Assembly: GCA_046331705.1 (NCBI GenBank)
Contig: JAXLQJ010000028.1
Coordinates: forward strand, 1-64,000
Reading direction: 5' to 3'
DNA: 64,000 bases
Source: a bacterium
GTDB taxonomy: Bacteria; JADJOY01
Shown here piece after piece: positions 54,749 through 62,988 of the stretch. Below the pieces are notes generated by a model. That model did no database searches. It worked only from the letters and a program-made list of their open reading frames with translations, and was not told where the DNA came from. Each line of letters starts with the position of its first letter. Position 1 is the stretch's first letter. Position numbers and translations under genes: made by a program.

Positions 54749-57174
54749 CCCGTCTCTCCACCCACGGCGAACGCGAGTCGCTCGGCGCGCTGGGCCGCCA
54801 CCAAGACCGGCACCGGTCGCATCCCGCCCTCCGCCTGCCAATGCGAGGCATCCGTCTTGCGGTAGAGCCACCGCACCGAGACCTCGAGCACGCCGAGCGG
54901 GCTCGGCGCATCCCACTCGAACTCCTCGGTCTGCGAATCGCCGGGCAGGATCACCCGCGCGCCCGACGACGACGTGCCGTGCCAGAGCGCAGGCGCGCGC
55001 TGCGGCGACGGCCCCGTCGCGGCGCCCGGCGCCCGCACCACCGTCCCCAATCGATGGGCGTCGTCTCCGAGGCGACCCGCGTCGTCGAGCAATCCGCTCG
55101 CGAAGACCGTCCGGCCATCCTCGTCACGCACCCGTACCTCGAGCCACGCCTCCAGTCGATCGATCGAGCCCGCCGGGAACGGATGCGTCATCCAGGGGTT
55201 CGACGTGGTCACCGCGAGACGCGCCCGACCCGGCACAGGCGCGCTCAGCGCCAACGCGATCGGCAAGCACGGTTCGCGCAAGGCCTCCGCCGGAAGCGGC
55301 GTCTCGGCCTCGCCCGGGACGTCGCGCGGGCGCGGCGCGCTCGCCACACACGCGCCGAGCGCCCACGCCGATTGCGCGGACGCGAGCGCCTCGTCGCCCA
55401 CGCGCACCGCCGCCGCCAGGTTCGCGCCGGGAAAGAGATGGCTCTTGTGCGCGCCCGCGCCGCCCAGCGCCGTCGCCGCGGGCATGTGGCAATCGACGCA
55501 GCGGATCCCCGCGACCAGCACGCGGATCTGCAGGTGATGGCAGGTCTGGCAGACGCGATCCTCGGCGAGCACCGCCGGCGAGAAGGCGCGCCCGTGCGCG
55601 GCCCCGTTGAGGCCGATCGTGTAGCGGTCGAAGGCGCCCAGCCCGCGCCGCTCTCGCACCGCGTCGCGGTACGGTCCGAGCAGACCACCCGTCAAGCTCA
55701 CGGTGTAGCTCGACTCCCACGGTGGATCGACGGCGACGTCGGCGATGCGGTGGCAGAGCACGCAATCGATCGCGTCGGCGCGCGCGTCGCTCCGTGGCGC
55801 CGCGAGCTCGCCCGCGGGCGCGCTCGGCGCATGACAGGCGACACACCCCGGCGACGTCGCGAGCGGCGATTCCTCTCGCGGTGCTGCCAGCGCATGCGCC
55901 CCTGAGCCGTGCAACGAGCGATGGGACTCCGCGACGATCTCCGCGTGGCAGCCACCCTCCCCGGCGCACGAGCCCGAGAGCTGGAGCCAGCGATCGGCGG
56001 CGGCGCGCGCGAGCGGCGGCTCGGCTGCTTCCGCCGCGCCACGTCCAACGCTGGCGACGACCGTGATGTCGCCCGGGCCGGCCGGCAACCAGGACTCGCC
56101 GAGCACCAAGGCCACCAACGCGCCGACCGCGATCGCCGCGCCGCGCCACGCGCCCGCGAACGCGCCCGACCCGCCGCTTCCCGCGGCGCGGCCGACGAGC
56201 GCGGCCGACCCGATCGCGACCAGACCCCACACCGTGTGCACGTTGTAGAGGTGTCGATCGTGCTCGCGGCTGATGCGCAGGATCACCAGCCACGCCATGC
56301 TCACGACCACCAGCAACGGCGCCGTCCACACCACCAATCCGAGCGCGCTCCTGCGCACCTCCGGGGCCGGGCCGCGCTTGAGCAGCCCGCGCGCCACGAA
56401 CACCGCGCCCACCACCAGCACCGGCAGCGAGATCCGCCCATCGACGGCGTCGCGGGGCAGGCTGGTGCTCACCATGACCGCCTTGCGCACCGGAACCAGC
56501 GCGAACAGGATCGACAAGCCGATCCACAGCGACAGCGGCATGCGCGCCGCTTCCATCCGCAGCCGCCGACCGAGGCTCAGGAAGAGCTGCCACAGCACGA
56601 TGCAAGCGGCGGTGACCCAGCCGACGAGACCGATCAGCGTGCCCGTGAGCGTTCGAGACGCGAACGGCTCGAGGTCGTGACGTCCGGTCGCGGGAATCAG
56701 GATCACCAGCCCCAGGGCCGCCGCCGCGAGCCACGCCGCGATCGCGACCAGCCCGGCGAGCGACGCGACGCGTGCTCGCTTGTCGCGAAACGTCGACGCC
56801 AACCCACGCGCGAGCAGCGACGCGCCCACCACCGCCGCCGGCAAGACCACGCGGCCGTCCACCCAGTCGGATTGGTCGGTCGCCAGCCGATCGAGCACCC
56901 ACGCCCGCGCGGGAGCGATCGCGGCGAGGATCATGAGCCCGAGCCCCGCGGCGGCCTCGACGCGCGAGCCCTCGCCGTCCACGCGGCGAAACACCAGGCG
57001 CAAGACCAGCGCGAACGCGAGGAATCCCAGCAGCGGGTGCAGGACGAGGTTCCAGCGAAAGACGAAGCCCGCACCGGAGACGAGATTGACCAAGCCCGAG
57101 GCCATCGCCAGCGCGACAGCGATCGCGAGGCGGGCGCGCGCCGGTTCGGATCCGGACGGCGCGCGCGGGTCCAT
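54745..57174 (-). CDS. Membrane-anchored pentaheme c-type cytochrome with internally duplicated TM domain (closest to 18698-20731)
   Basis: CAGEGGCH, CVACH, CVLCH, CQTCH, CVDCH; AHGRAF, HLFPGAN, MTHPFP, WLEVRV, YRK shared with 18698-20731. Confidence 0.8.
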   Translation of the reverse strand: MDPRAPSGSEPARARLAIAVALAMASGLVNLVSGAGFVFRWNLVLHPLLGFLAFALVLRLVFRRVDGEGSRVEAAAGLGLMILAAIAPARAWVLDRLATDQSDWVDGRVVLPAAVVGASLLARGLASTFRDKRARVASLAGLVAIAAWLAAAALGLVILIPATGRHDLEPFASRTLTGTLIGLVGWVTAACIVLWQLFLSLGRRLRMEAARMPLSLWIGLSILFALVPVRKAVMVSTSLPRDAVDGRISLPVLVVGAVFVARGLLKRGPAPEVRRSALGLVVWTAPLLVVVSMAWLVILRISREHDRHLYNVHTVWGLVAIGSAALVGRAAGSGGSGAFAGAWRGAAIAVGALVALVLGESWLPAGPGDITVVASVGRGAAEAAEPPLARAAADRWLQLSGSCAGEGGCHAEIVAESHRSLHGSGAHALAAPREESPLATSPGCVACHAPSAPAGELAAPRSDARADAIDCVLCHRIADVAVDPPWESSYTVSLTGGLLGPYRDAVRERRGLGAFDRYTIGLNGAAHGRAFSPAVLAEDRVCQTCHHLQIRVLVAGIRCVDCHMPAATALGGAGAHKSHLFPGANLAAAVRVGDEALASAQSAWALGACVASAPRPRDVPGEAETPLPAEALREPCLPIALALSAPVPGRARLAVTTSNPWMTHPFPAGSIDRLEAWLEVRVRDEDGRTVFASGLLDDAGRLGDDAHRLGTVVRAPGAATGPSPQRAPALWHGTSSSGARVILPGDSQTEEFEWDAPSPLGVLEVSVRWLYRKTDASHWQAEGGMRPVPVLVAAQRAERLAFAVGGETG
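56220..56990 (-). repeat. Intragenic tandem duplication of an approximately 139-aa membrane module
   Basis: VDGRVVLPAAVVGASLLARGL (near 56862) and VDGRISLPVLVVGAVFVARGL (near 56445) are 417 bp apart in the same ORF; boundaries are approximate. Confidence 0.65.
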
Positions 57175-57318
57175 GCCGGGTGGGTGCGCGGGCGGTATCG
57201 GGTCCGATGGTGGCCGCGGACGTGGTCCGGAACGAAGCCCAGGAGCCGCCGCCGAGGGCGACAGAATCCCACATGCCTCGCGACGCCGGCCAGCCGAATC
57301 CGCGGGCGCAGCGCGCGC

Positions 57319-58884
57319 TCACGGAGAAGGAACGACGCCGGGCACGGCGGCCAGATCCCAGACGAAGACTCCGCAGCCGCTCGCGGCGAGCACCTCGTGG
57401 CGAACGCGATCCGCTACGACGTTGCGCAGCAGCCAGCCGAGCCGCGCGCTCGCCACCGGCGCGAGATCGGCGAGCGAGTAGAGCGCGAGCGTACCCGTGT
57501 ACGAACCGACGGCGACCACCCCAGCGCCGGGGTCCAGATCCACGTCCGCCAACCCGCTCGCCTCGAGCGTCACGTACGCGACTGGCGCGAGCGTGGCGGT
57601 GTCGATGCGCACCAGCCGTCGCCGCAGCGGGTCGGCGACGAACGCCGCGTGCTCTCCTTCGTCGAGCCGCACGCCGATCAGCGCCGAGCCGTAGCTCGCG
57701 GCGCTCGCGACGAGCATCTCGGTGTCGACGACCCGCAATCCCGGCGCCGCCGTGGACGTGGAATAGAGCGTGCGACCGTCGGCGCTCACGTCGAGGTACT
57801 GGAACGGCACGTCCAGCGCCGGATCGGTGCTGCGACGCGCGACCGCGGGCGAGGGTCCGCGCAGCTCGAGGATGCCTTTCTCCGTCGCGGCGGAGAGAAG
57901 CACCCAGACGCGGTCGCTCGTGGGATCGGCCCGGATCGCATTGGGCTCGCCGCCGAGCGGTATCACCGTGGGCGCGCCGAAGCGCCCTCCTTCGACGACC
58001 ACGTCCAGCACGGCATCGGCGGAGCCGAGCACCAGCGCAAGCACCTCGTCGTGGCGCACCGCCATCCGCTCGGGAAAGAGCGGCGGCGCGGGAAGCGGCG
58101 CGAACGCCTCGGCGAGCTCGAGCACGTCCTCGACAATTCCGGTCTCGCGATCCACCAGCACCAGCGCCCCGTACGAGCGCGCGTCCGCCTTCACCGACAC
58201 CACCAGATCCTCGCCGACGACCTGCACGTCGTACGGTCGCCCGGTGGCGAGGCCGGTCGCGGCGCGCAGCGATTCGGTGGACACCACCCGTCGCAACCCG
58301 CTCGCGACGAGCGGCGCGGCACAGGTCGAAGCCGGCGGTCCCAGCTTGAACCCGTAGAACGTCGCCACACCGAGGGCCGGCAACACCACCGCGAGGCTCG
58401 TGAAACGCGTGGCCCACGAGGCACGCCGCGGCAGCACGAGGATCGTCAGCGCGAGCGCGAGCGTCGTCGCCACGGTTGCCCGCGGGAAGAGGCCGTACGC
58501 GGACGCGAGGTGCGCGAGCACGCGCGGGCCGGTCTCGCCCGTCGCGTACTCGACGATCCTTCGCACTGGCCCGAATCGCTCGCCGCCCACCGCGCCGGCC
58601 GAGGGAAAGAGGGCGTGGCTCGCGACGTACGCGAGCAGCCAGAACGCGCACGCGAACGCCTGCCGATGGCGGTGCACCCCGCGTGCGAGCCGCGCATAGA
58701 CGAGCCCGGTGACGAGGCCGAGAGCGCCGCCGATCACCAGGTGACCGAAGCCGCCGACGTCGGGCGGCTCCCACGCCGCCGACAGGGTCATCGCCGCGAG
58801 CGCGCCGAGGGCGCCCGCCAGCGACGCCGAAGCCCGCGAGCGCGCGACGGTCGCGCCGATTGGATCGGTTGGGAAGCGGCGCAA
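57319..58884 (-). CDS. Membrane-anchored beta-propeller protein, paralog 9 (start uncertain)
   Basis: N-terminal TM helices; GRPYDVQV, IRADPTSDRVWV, LGWLLRNVVADRVRHEVLAASGCGV. Confidence 0.65.
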   Translation of the reverse strand: MRRFPTDPIGATVARSRASASLAGALGALAAMTLSAAWEPPDVGGFGHLVIGGALGLVTGLVYARLARGVHRHRQAFACAFWLLAYVASHALFPSAGAVGGERFGPVRRIVEYATGETGPRVLAHLASAYGLFPRATVATTLALALTILVLPRRASWATRFTSLAVVLPALGVATFYGFKLGPPASTCAAPLVASGLRRVVSTESLRAATGLATGRPYDVQVVGEDLVVSVKADARSYGALVLVDRETGIVEDVLELAEAFAPLPAPPLFPERMAVRHDEVLALVLGSADAVLDVVVEGGRFGAPTVIPLGGEPNAIRADPTSDRVWVLLSAATEKGILELRGPSPAVARRSTDPALDVPFQYLDVSADGRTLYSTSTAAPGLRVVDTEMLVASAASYGSALIGVRLDEGEHAAFVADPLRRRLVRIDTATLAPVAYVTLEASGLADVDLDPGAGVVAVGSYTGTLALYSLADLAPVASARLGWLLRNVVADRVRHEVLAASGCGVFVWDLAAVPGVVPSP

Positions 58885-58964
58885 ACGACGGGAACGGTGG
58901 ACACGAAGGCGCGGGTGCAGGAATCTAGCGAGGCGTCGAAAAGCGAGTCAATCGAGCCCCCGAG

Positions 58965-60680
58965 GTGAAACGAATCCATGTCGTAGGCGGTCTCGGCGTC
59001 GCCCTGACGCTGGCGGTGGCGACGTGGCCTCCGCCGGGATTCGAGCCCACCGCGCGCGGCCGCGGGCTGAGCGCGTGGGAGGACGACCTCACGTACGGTC
59101 GTCCCGACGAGCGGATCGCCGCGGCGCGCGAGGTCGCCGCGCTGGCTCGCCGCGCGGCGGTGATCGAGGCGCTGAGGCGCGACCCGGTGCGCGCGGCGCT
59201 CGCCTCCGACGATCCCGCGACCCGCGGCTCCGTGCTGCGCTCGCTGCTGGGAGCGCCGGAGGCCCTCGCGCCACTGATCTCCGCGCTCGAGCAGCTCCCA
59301 CACGCGAGCCAGCGCGACGCGTTCGCTGCCCTCGCGGGCGCCCTCGCCGCGGAGCTCGCTTCCGGCTCCCCACCGACGGCGGCTAGCGCGGGAGGCGAAA
59401 CCGCGTGCGGTGAGGAATCGCCCGACGGGATGGCCAGCGACGATTCGCCGGGAGCTCCGGGCATCGCGGCGCGCCGCGCGGCGCGCGACGCGCGCTGTCG
59501 ATTCACGCTCAGGCTCGTCGAGCGCGGCGACTTCGGGATGCGCGAGTTCTGGCTGCTCGCAAGCCGGCTCACGAGCCATGGGATCGGCGTGCGCGTGCCG
59601 AGCCCGCCCTCCAACCACGGCAACCTGCTCGCCGACCCCGACCCGCGGGTGCGGCGCGAGGCGGCGGTGGCGATTCTGCGCATGGGACCCGAGGCCCGGG
59701 CCACTGCCGAGAAGGTCGTGCAGCGCGAGAAGCCGGCAGTCCGAACCGTGGCGCTGCGCGAGCTCGCGGAGGCGCGTGCTCACCTGCCCGCGTTCGACCT
59801 CGACGCGGCGCTCGCTCCCCTCGACGCGCACGCGCTGGAACGACTGTTCGCCGGCGCCGCCCGCACCGGCGCGAGCGCGGCACCACTGCTCGAGCGCGCG
59901 CTCGCCGACGAGCGCGTCGAGGTGCGGCGCTGGGCGGCCTGGTCCGCCCGCGAGCTCGCTCCGAGCCTCGGCATGGCCTCCTGGCTCGCGCCCCACGCCC
60001 ACGATCCGGACGACGACGTCCGACGATTCACGCTGGTGGCCGCGGCCCGCGCCGCCGACGCCGAGGCCGCGAGGCTCGGGCTGTTGCGCGCCGGCCTCGG
60101 CGATCCGGCGATCGCGGTGCGCCACGCCGCCACCGCGGAGCTGGTGCGGCTGGGCGAGCCTGGCTGCGCAACGCTCGCAGGGGCGCTCGCCCGAGACGAC
60201 TCCGATGGCGACGACACCCTCGCTCGGGTGCTCGCCGGTTCACGCGCGCCACTCCCCACCACTGCGGCGTGCGCCGAGCTCGTCGCAGCGCTGGTGCGAG
60301 TGCTTCCAAGGGCGTCCCCCGCCACCAGCGGCGCGATCCAGACGGCAATCGCGCGCGGCGCGGCGCCGGACGCCCTCACGCTGCTGCTCGGCGATGCGGA
60401 TCCGAGCGTCCGCTTGCGGGCACTCGGCGTTCTCGGTCAGCAGCGCGGGCGCGACGACGCCGAGCGCGCGCGCATCGCCGCGTCGCTGGCGGGACTGCTG
60501 CCGGACCCTGACCCCTTGGTGCGTCGCGCCGCGCTGGCGGCCCTGACTCGGCTGGGCGGCGATGCGCTGCGGTCGGTCGCCGAGCCGATTGGCGCGCTGG
60601 CGCGCGGCGACGCCGACGTCCGCGTGCGTGCGCGGGCCGAGCGCGCCCTCGCCCGGCTCGCGGGAGCGCCACGTTCATGA
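58965..60680 (+). CDS. HEAT-repeat protein with N-terminal signal/TM
   Basis: Repeated LADPDPRVRREAA, LADERVEVRRWAA, LGDADPSVRLRAL, LPDPDPLVRRAAL motifs. Confidence 0.72.
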   Translation: MKRIHVVGGLGVALTLAVATWPPPGFEPTARGRGLSAWEDDLTYGRPDERIAAAREVAALARRAAVIEALRRDPVRAALASDDPATRGSVLRSLLGAPEALAPLISALEQLPHASQRDAFAALAGALAAELASGSPPTAASAGGETACGEESPDGMASDDSPGAPGIAARRAARDARCRFTLRLVERGDFGMREFWLLASRLTSHGIGVRVPSPPSNHGNLLADPDPRVRREAAVAILRMGPEARATAEKVVQREKPAVRTVALRELAEARAHLPAFDLDAALAPLDAHALERLFAGAARTGASAAPLLERALADERVEVRRWAAWSARELAPSLGMASWLAPHAHDPDDDVRRFTLVAAARAADAEAARLGLLRAGLGDPAIAVRHAATAELVRLGEPGCATLAGALARDDSDGDDTLARVLAGSRAPLPTTAACAELVAALVRVLPRASPATSGAIQTAIARGAAPDALTLLLGDADPSVRLRALGVLGQQRGRDDAERARIAASLAGLLPDPDPLVRRAALAALTRLGGDALRSVAEPIGALARGDADVRVRARAERALARLAGAPRS

Positions 60681-61828
60681 GCGCGCCGGTGCCGCTCGCG
60701 CTGCCGAGCGTCGGCGCGGCCGAACGGGCCGCGGTCGGCGAGGTGCTGGCGTCGGGCTGGCTCGCGCAAGGTCCGCGCGTGGCGGCGTTCGAGGACGCGC
60801 TCGCACGCGTGATCGACGCACCGCACGTGGTCGCCACGTCGTCGGGAACGGCCGCGCTGCTGCTGGCGCTGCGCGTGGCGGGCGTCCAACCGGGCGATCG
60901 CGTGCTGGTGCCGTCGCTCACCTACATCGCCACGGTGAACGCCGTGGTCGCCGCCGGCGCGATCCCCGTCTTCGCGGACGTGGACGCGCGCACGCTCAAC
61001 CTGGACGTGGCCGACGCCGAGCGCGCGATCGCCGCGGAGGGTCCCGTCGCGGCGGTGCTGCTGGTGCACCAGCTCGGGCATCCCGCAGCGCTCGGGGCGT
61101 TTCGCGCGCTCGCGAAACGCACCGGCACGCTGCTCCTCGAAGATGCGGCGTGCGCGCTGGGCAGCACCATCCACGGACGCCCGATCGGCGCGCGCGCGCC
61201 CGGCGAGCGCGGTGGCGCAGCGCTCAGCTTCCACCCTCGCAAGGTCGTCACCACCGGCGAGGGCGGCGCGCTCGTCACGGGCTCCGCCGCGGAAGCGGAC
61301 GCGGCGCGCGCCTTTCGCGACCAGGGCGCCGATCGCGGCGCCCACGAGCGCCAGCGGCTCGGCCAGCGCGAGCCCGAGCACTACGCGGCACCCGGATTCA
61401 ATCTGCGCATGTCCGATCTCGAGGCCGCGGTGGGACTGGCGCAGCTCGGGCGTCTCGACGCGATGCTGGCTGCGCGACGGCGGCTCGCCGCCCGCTACGA
61501 CGAGCTCCTCGCCGAGGTGAGCGGGATCATGCCGTTTCGTTTCGAGCCCGGGATCGTGCCGAACCGGCAGAGCTACGCGGTCGTGGTCGACGAATCGATC
61601 GCGCCGGAGGGAGTGTGCGCCGCGCTCGCCGAGCGTGGCATCGCGACGCGGCGCGCGGTGATGGCCGCGCACCTCGAGCCCGCGTATCGGGCCTTCGCCA
61701 CGCGCCCGCTCGAGACGACCGAAGCGCTGGCGCGGCGTGCCCTCGCGTTGCCGCTCTTTCCCGATCTCACGGACACCGACCAGGACCGAGTCGTCGCGGC
61801 GTTGCGCGCCGCGACTCGCGCGCGCTGA
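60677..61828 (+). CDS. DegT/DnrJ/EryC1/StrS-family PLP-dependent sugar aminotransferase
   Basis: SSGTAAL, VPSLTYIATVNAV, EDAACALG, SFHPRKVVTTGEGG, GFNLRMSD, LALPLFP. Confidence 0.9.
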   Translation: MSAPVPLALPSVGAAERAAVGEVLASGWLAQGPRVAAFEDALARVIDAPHVVATSSGTAALLLALRVAGVQPGDRVLVPSLTYIATVNAVVAAGAIPVFADVDARTLNLDVADAERAIAAEGPVAAVLLVHQLGHPAALGAFRALAKRTGTLLLEDAACALGSTIHGRPIGARAPGERGGAALSFHPRKVVTTGEGGALVTGSAAEADAARAFRDQGADRGAHERQRLGQREPEHYAAPGFNLRMSDLEAAVGLAQLGRLDAMLAARRRLAARYDELLAEVSGIMPFRFEPGIVPNRQSYAVVVDESIAPEGVCAALAERGIATRRAVMAAHLEPAYRAFATRPLETTEALARRALALPLFPDLTDTDQDRVVAALRAATRAR

Positions 61829-61917
61829 CTTCTGGCGCGCTGACCCCCTTGCTCGCGCGGAGCCGCGGTTCCTACACTGAGCGCCCCGTCTCGCGCGAAG
61901 CCCGAATCGGCGGGTTC

Positions 61918-62988
61918 GTGGCTCTCATTCTCGACACGTCCCACACCTCGACCACCGCGCGGGCACTGCCGGTGCGTGTCGGCGTGGTCGGCGCGGGCTA
62001 TTGGGGAACCAACGTCGTCCGCAGCCTGGGTTGGGTGCCGGGCGCCGAGCTGGGCTGGGTATGCGATCGCGAGGCGAGCCGTCTGGCGCCGTTCGCCGCG
62101 CGCCTGCCCCGCACGCGCTTCACCACCTCGCTCGACGAGCTGCTCGCCGATCCCACGCTCGACGCGTTGCTGGTGGCGATTCACGCACCGGCGCAAGCGG
62201 AGGTGGCGATCCGGGCGCTCGGGGCCGGCAAGCACGTGTTCGTCGAGAAGCCCCTCGCCCTGACGCTCGAGGGCGCCGAGCGCGTGGTGGCCGCCGCGGA
62301 GCGCGCGGATCGCGTCCTGATGCTCGGCTTGACCTACCGCTACAACCCGCTGGTGGAGGCGGTCGCCCGACTCTTGGGTTCCGGCGCGCTGGGCGAGGTG
62401 CGCGCGTGCTTCTCGCAACGCTCGAACCTGACGGTGGAGGATCAGCACACCAACGCCCTGTGGTCGCTGGCGCCCCACGACGTGTCGATCCTGCACCACC
62501 TCTTCGGCGAGCCGACACGCGTCGCGGCACGCGGCGGGCGTCACGCCCACGGCAGGCCCGCCGCATCCGCGTGGCTGAGGTTCGATTGGCAGGGCGGCCC
62601 GACGGCGTGGGTCTTCGTCAGCCTGGTCGATCCGCCCAAGCGCCGCCTGCTGGTGATCGTCGGCACGGAGCGGGCGCTGATCTTCGACGAGCTGGCGCCG
62701 CCCGCCACGCGGCTGCGACTCGTCGACGCAGGCGCGGTGCGCTGGCGCGGCGACGCGAGCATTCCCGCGCTTCCCACCGACCTCGGAACGGCGATCGCGG
62801 TGCTCGACGGCGAGCCGCTGGTGCACGAATGCGAGCACTTCGTGGCCTGCGTCCGCGCCGGCAGCGAGCCGCTCACCGGCCGCCGCGCCGCGCTCGACGT
62901 GACTCGCATCCTGGAGGCGCTACAGCGGTCGCTCGACGGCCACGGCTGCTTCGTCGATCCGCGCGGCGCTGCCGTCCCCGCCAGCTGA
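61918..62988 (+). CDS. Gfo/Idh/MocA-family NAD(P)-dependent oxidoreductase (start uncertain)
   Basis: VGVVGAGYWG, GKHVFVEKPLA, LWSLAPHDVS, EPLVHECEHF. Confidence 0.88.
   Translation: MALILDTSHTSTTARALPVRVGVVGAGYWGTNVVRSLGWVPGAELGWVCDREASRLAPFAARLPRTRFTTSLDELLADPTLDALLVAIHAPAQAEVAIRALGAGKHVFVEKPLALTLEGAERVVAAAERADRVLMLGLTYRYNPLVEAVARLLGSGALGEVRACFSQRSNLTVEDQHTNALWSLAPHDVSILHHLFGEPTRVAARGGRHAHGRPAASAWLRFDWQGGPTAWVFVSLVDPPKRRLLVIVGTERALIFDELAPPATRLRLVDAGAVRWRGDASIPALPTDLGTAIAVLDGEPLVHECEHFVACVRAGSEPLTGRRAALDVTRILEALQRSLDGHGCFVDPRGAAVPAS

Noticed and set aside
55124-58774. Very long alternative-frame ORFs (also 18944-22258, 19386-22424, 45628-48639, 45852-48743, 55909-58968)
   Set aside because: Arg/Ala/Pro-rich shadow frames expected in very GC-rich DNA. 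They overlap genes with clear motifs and contain no recognisable domains.
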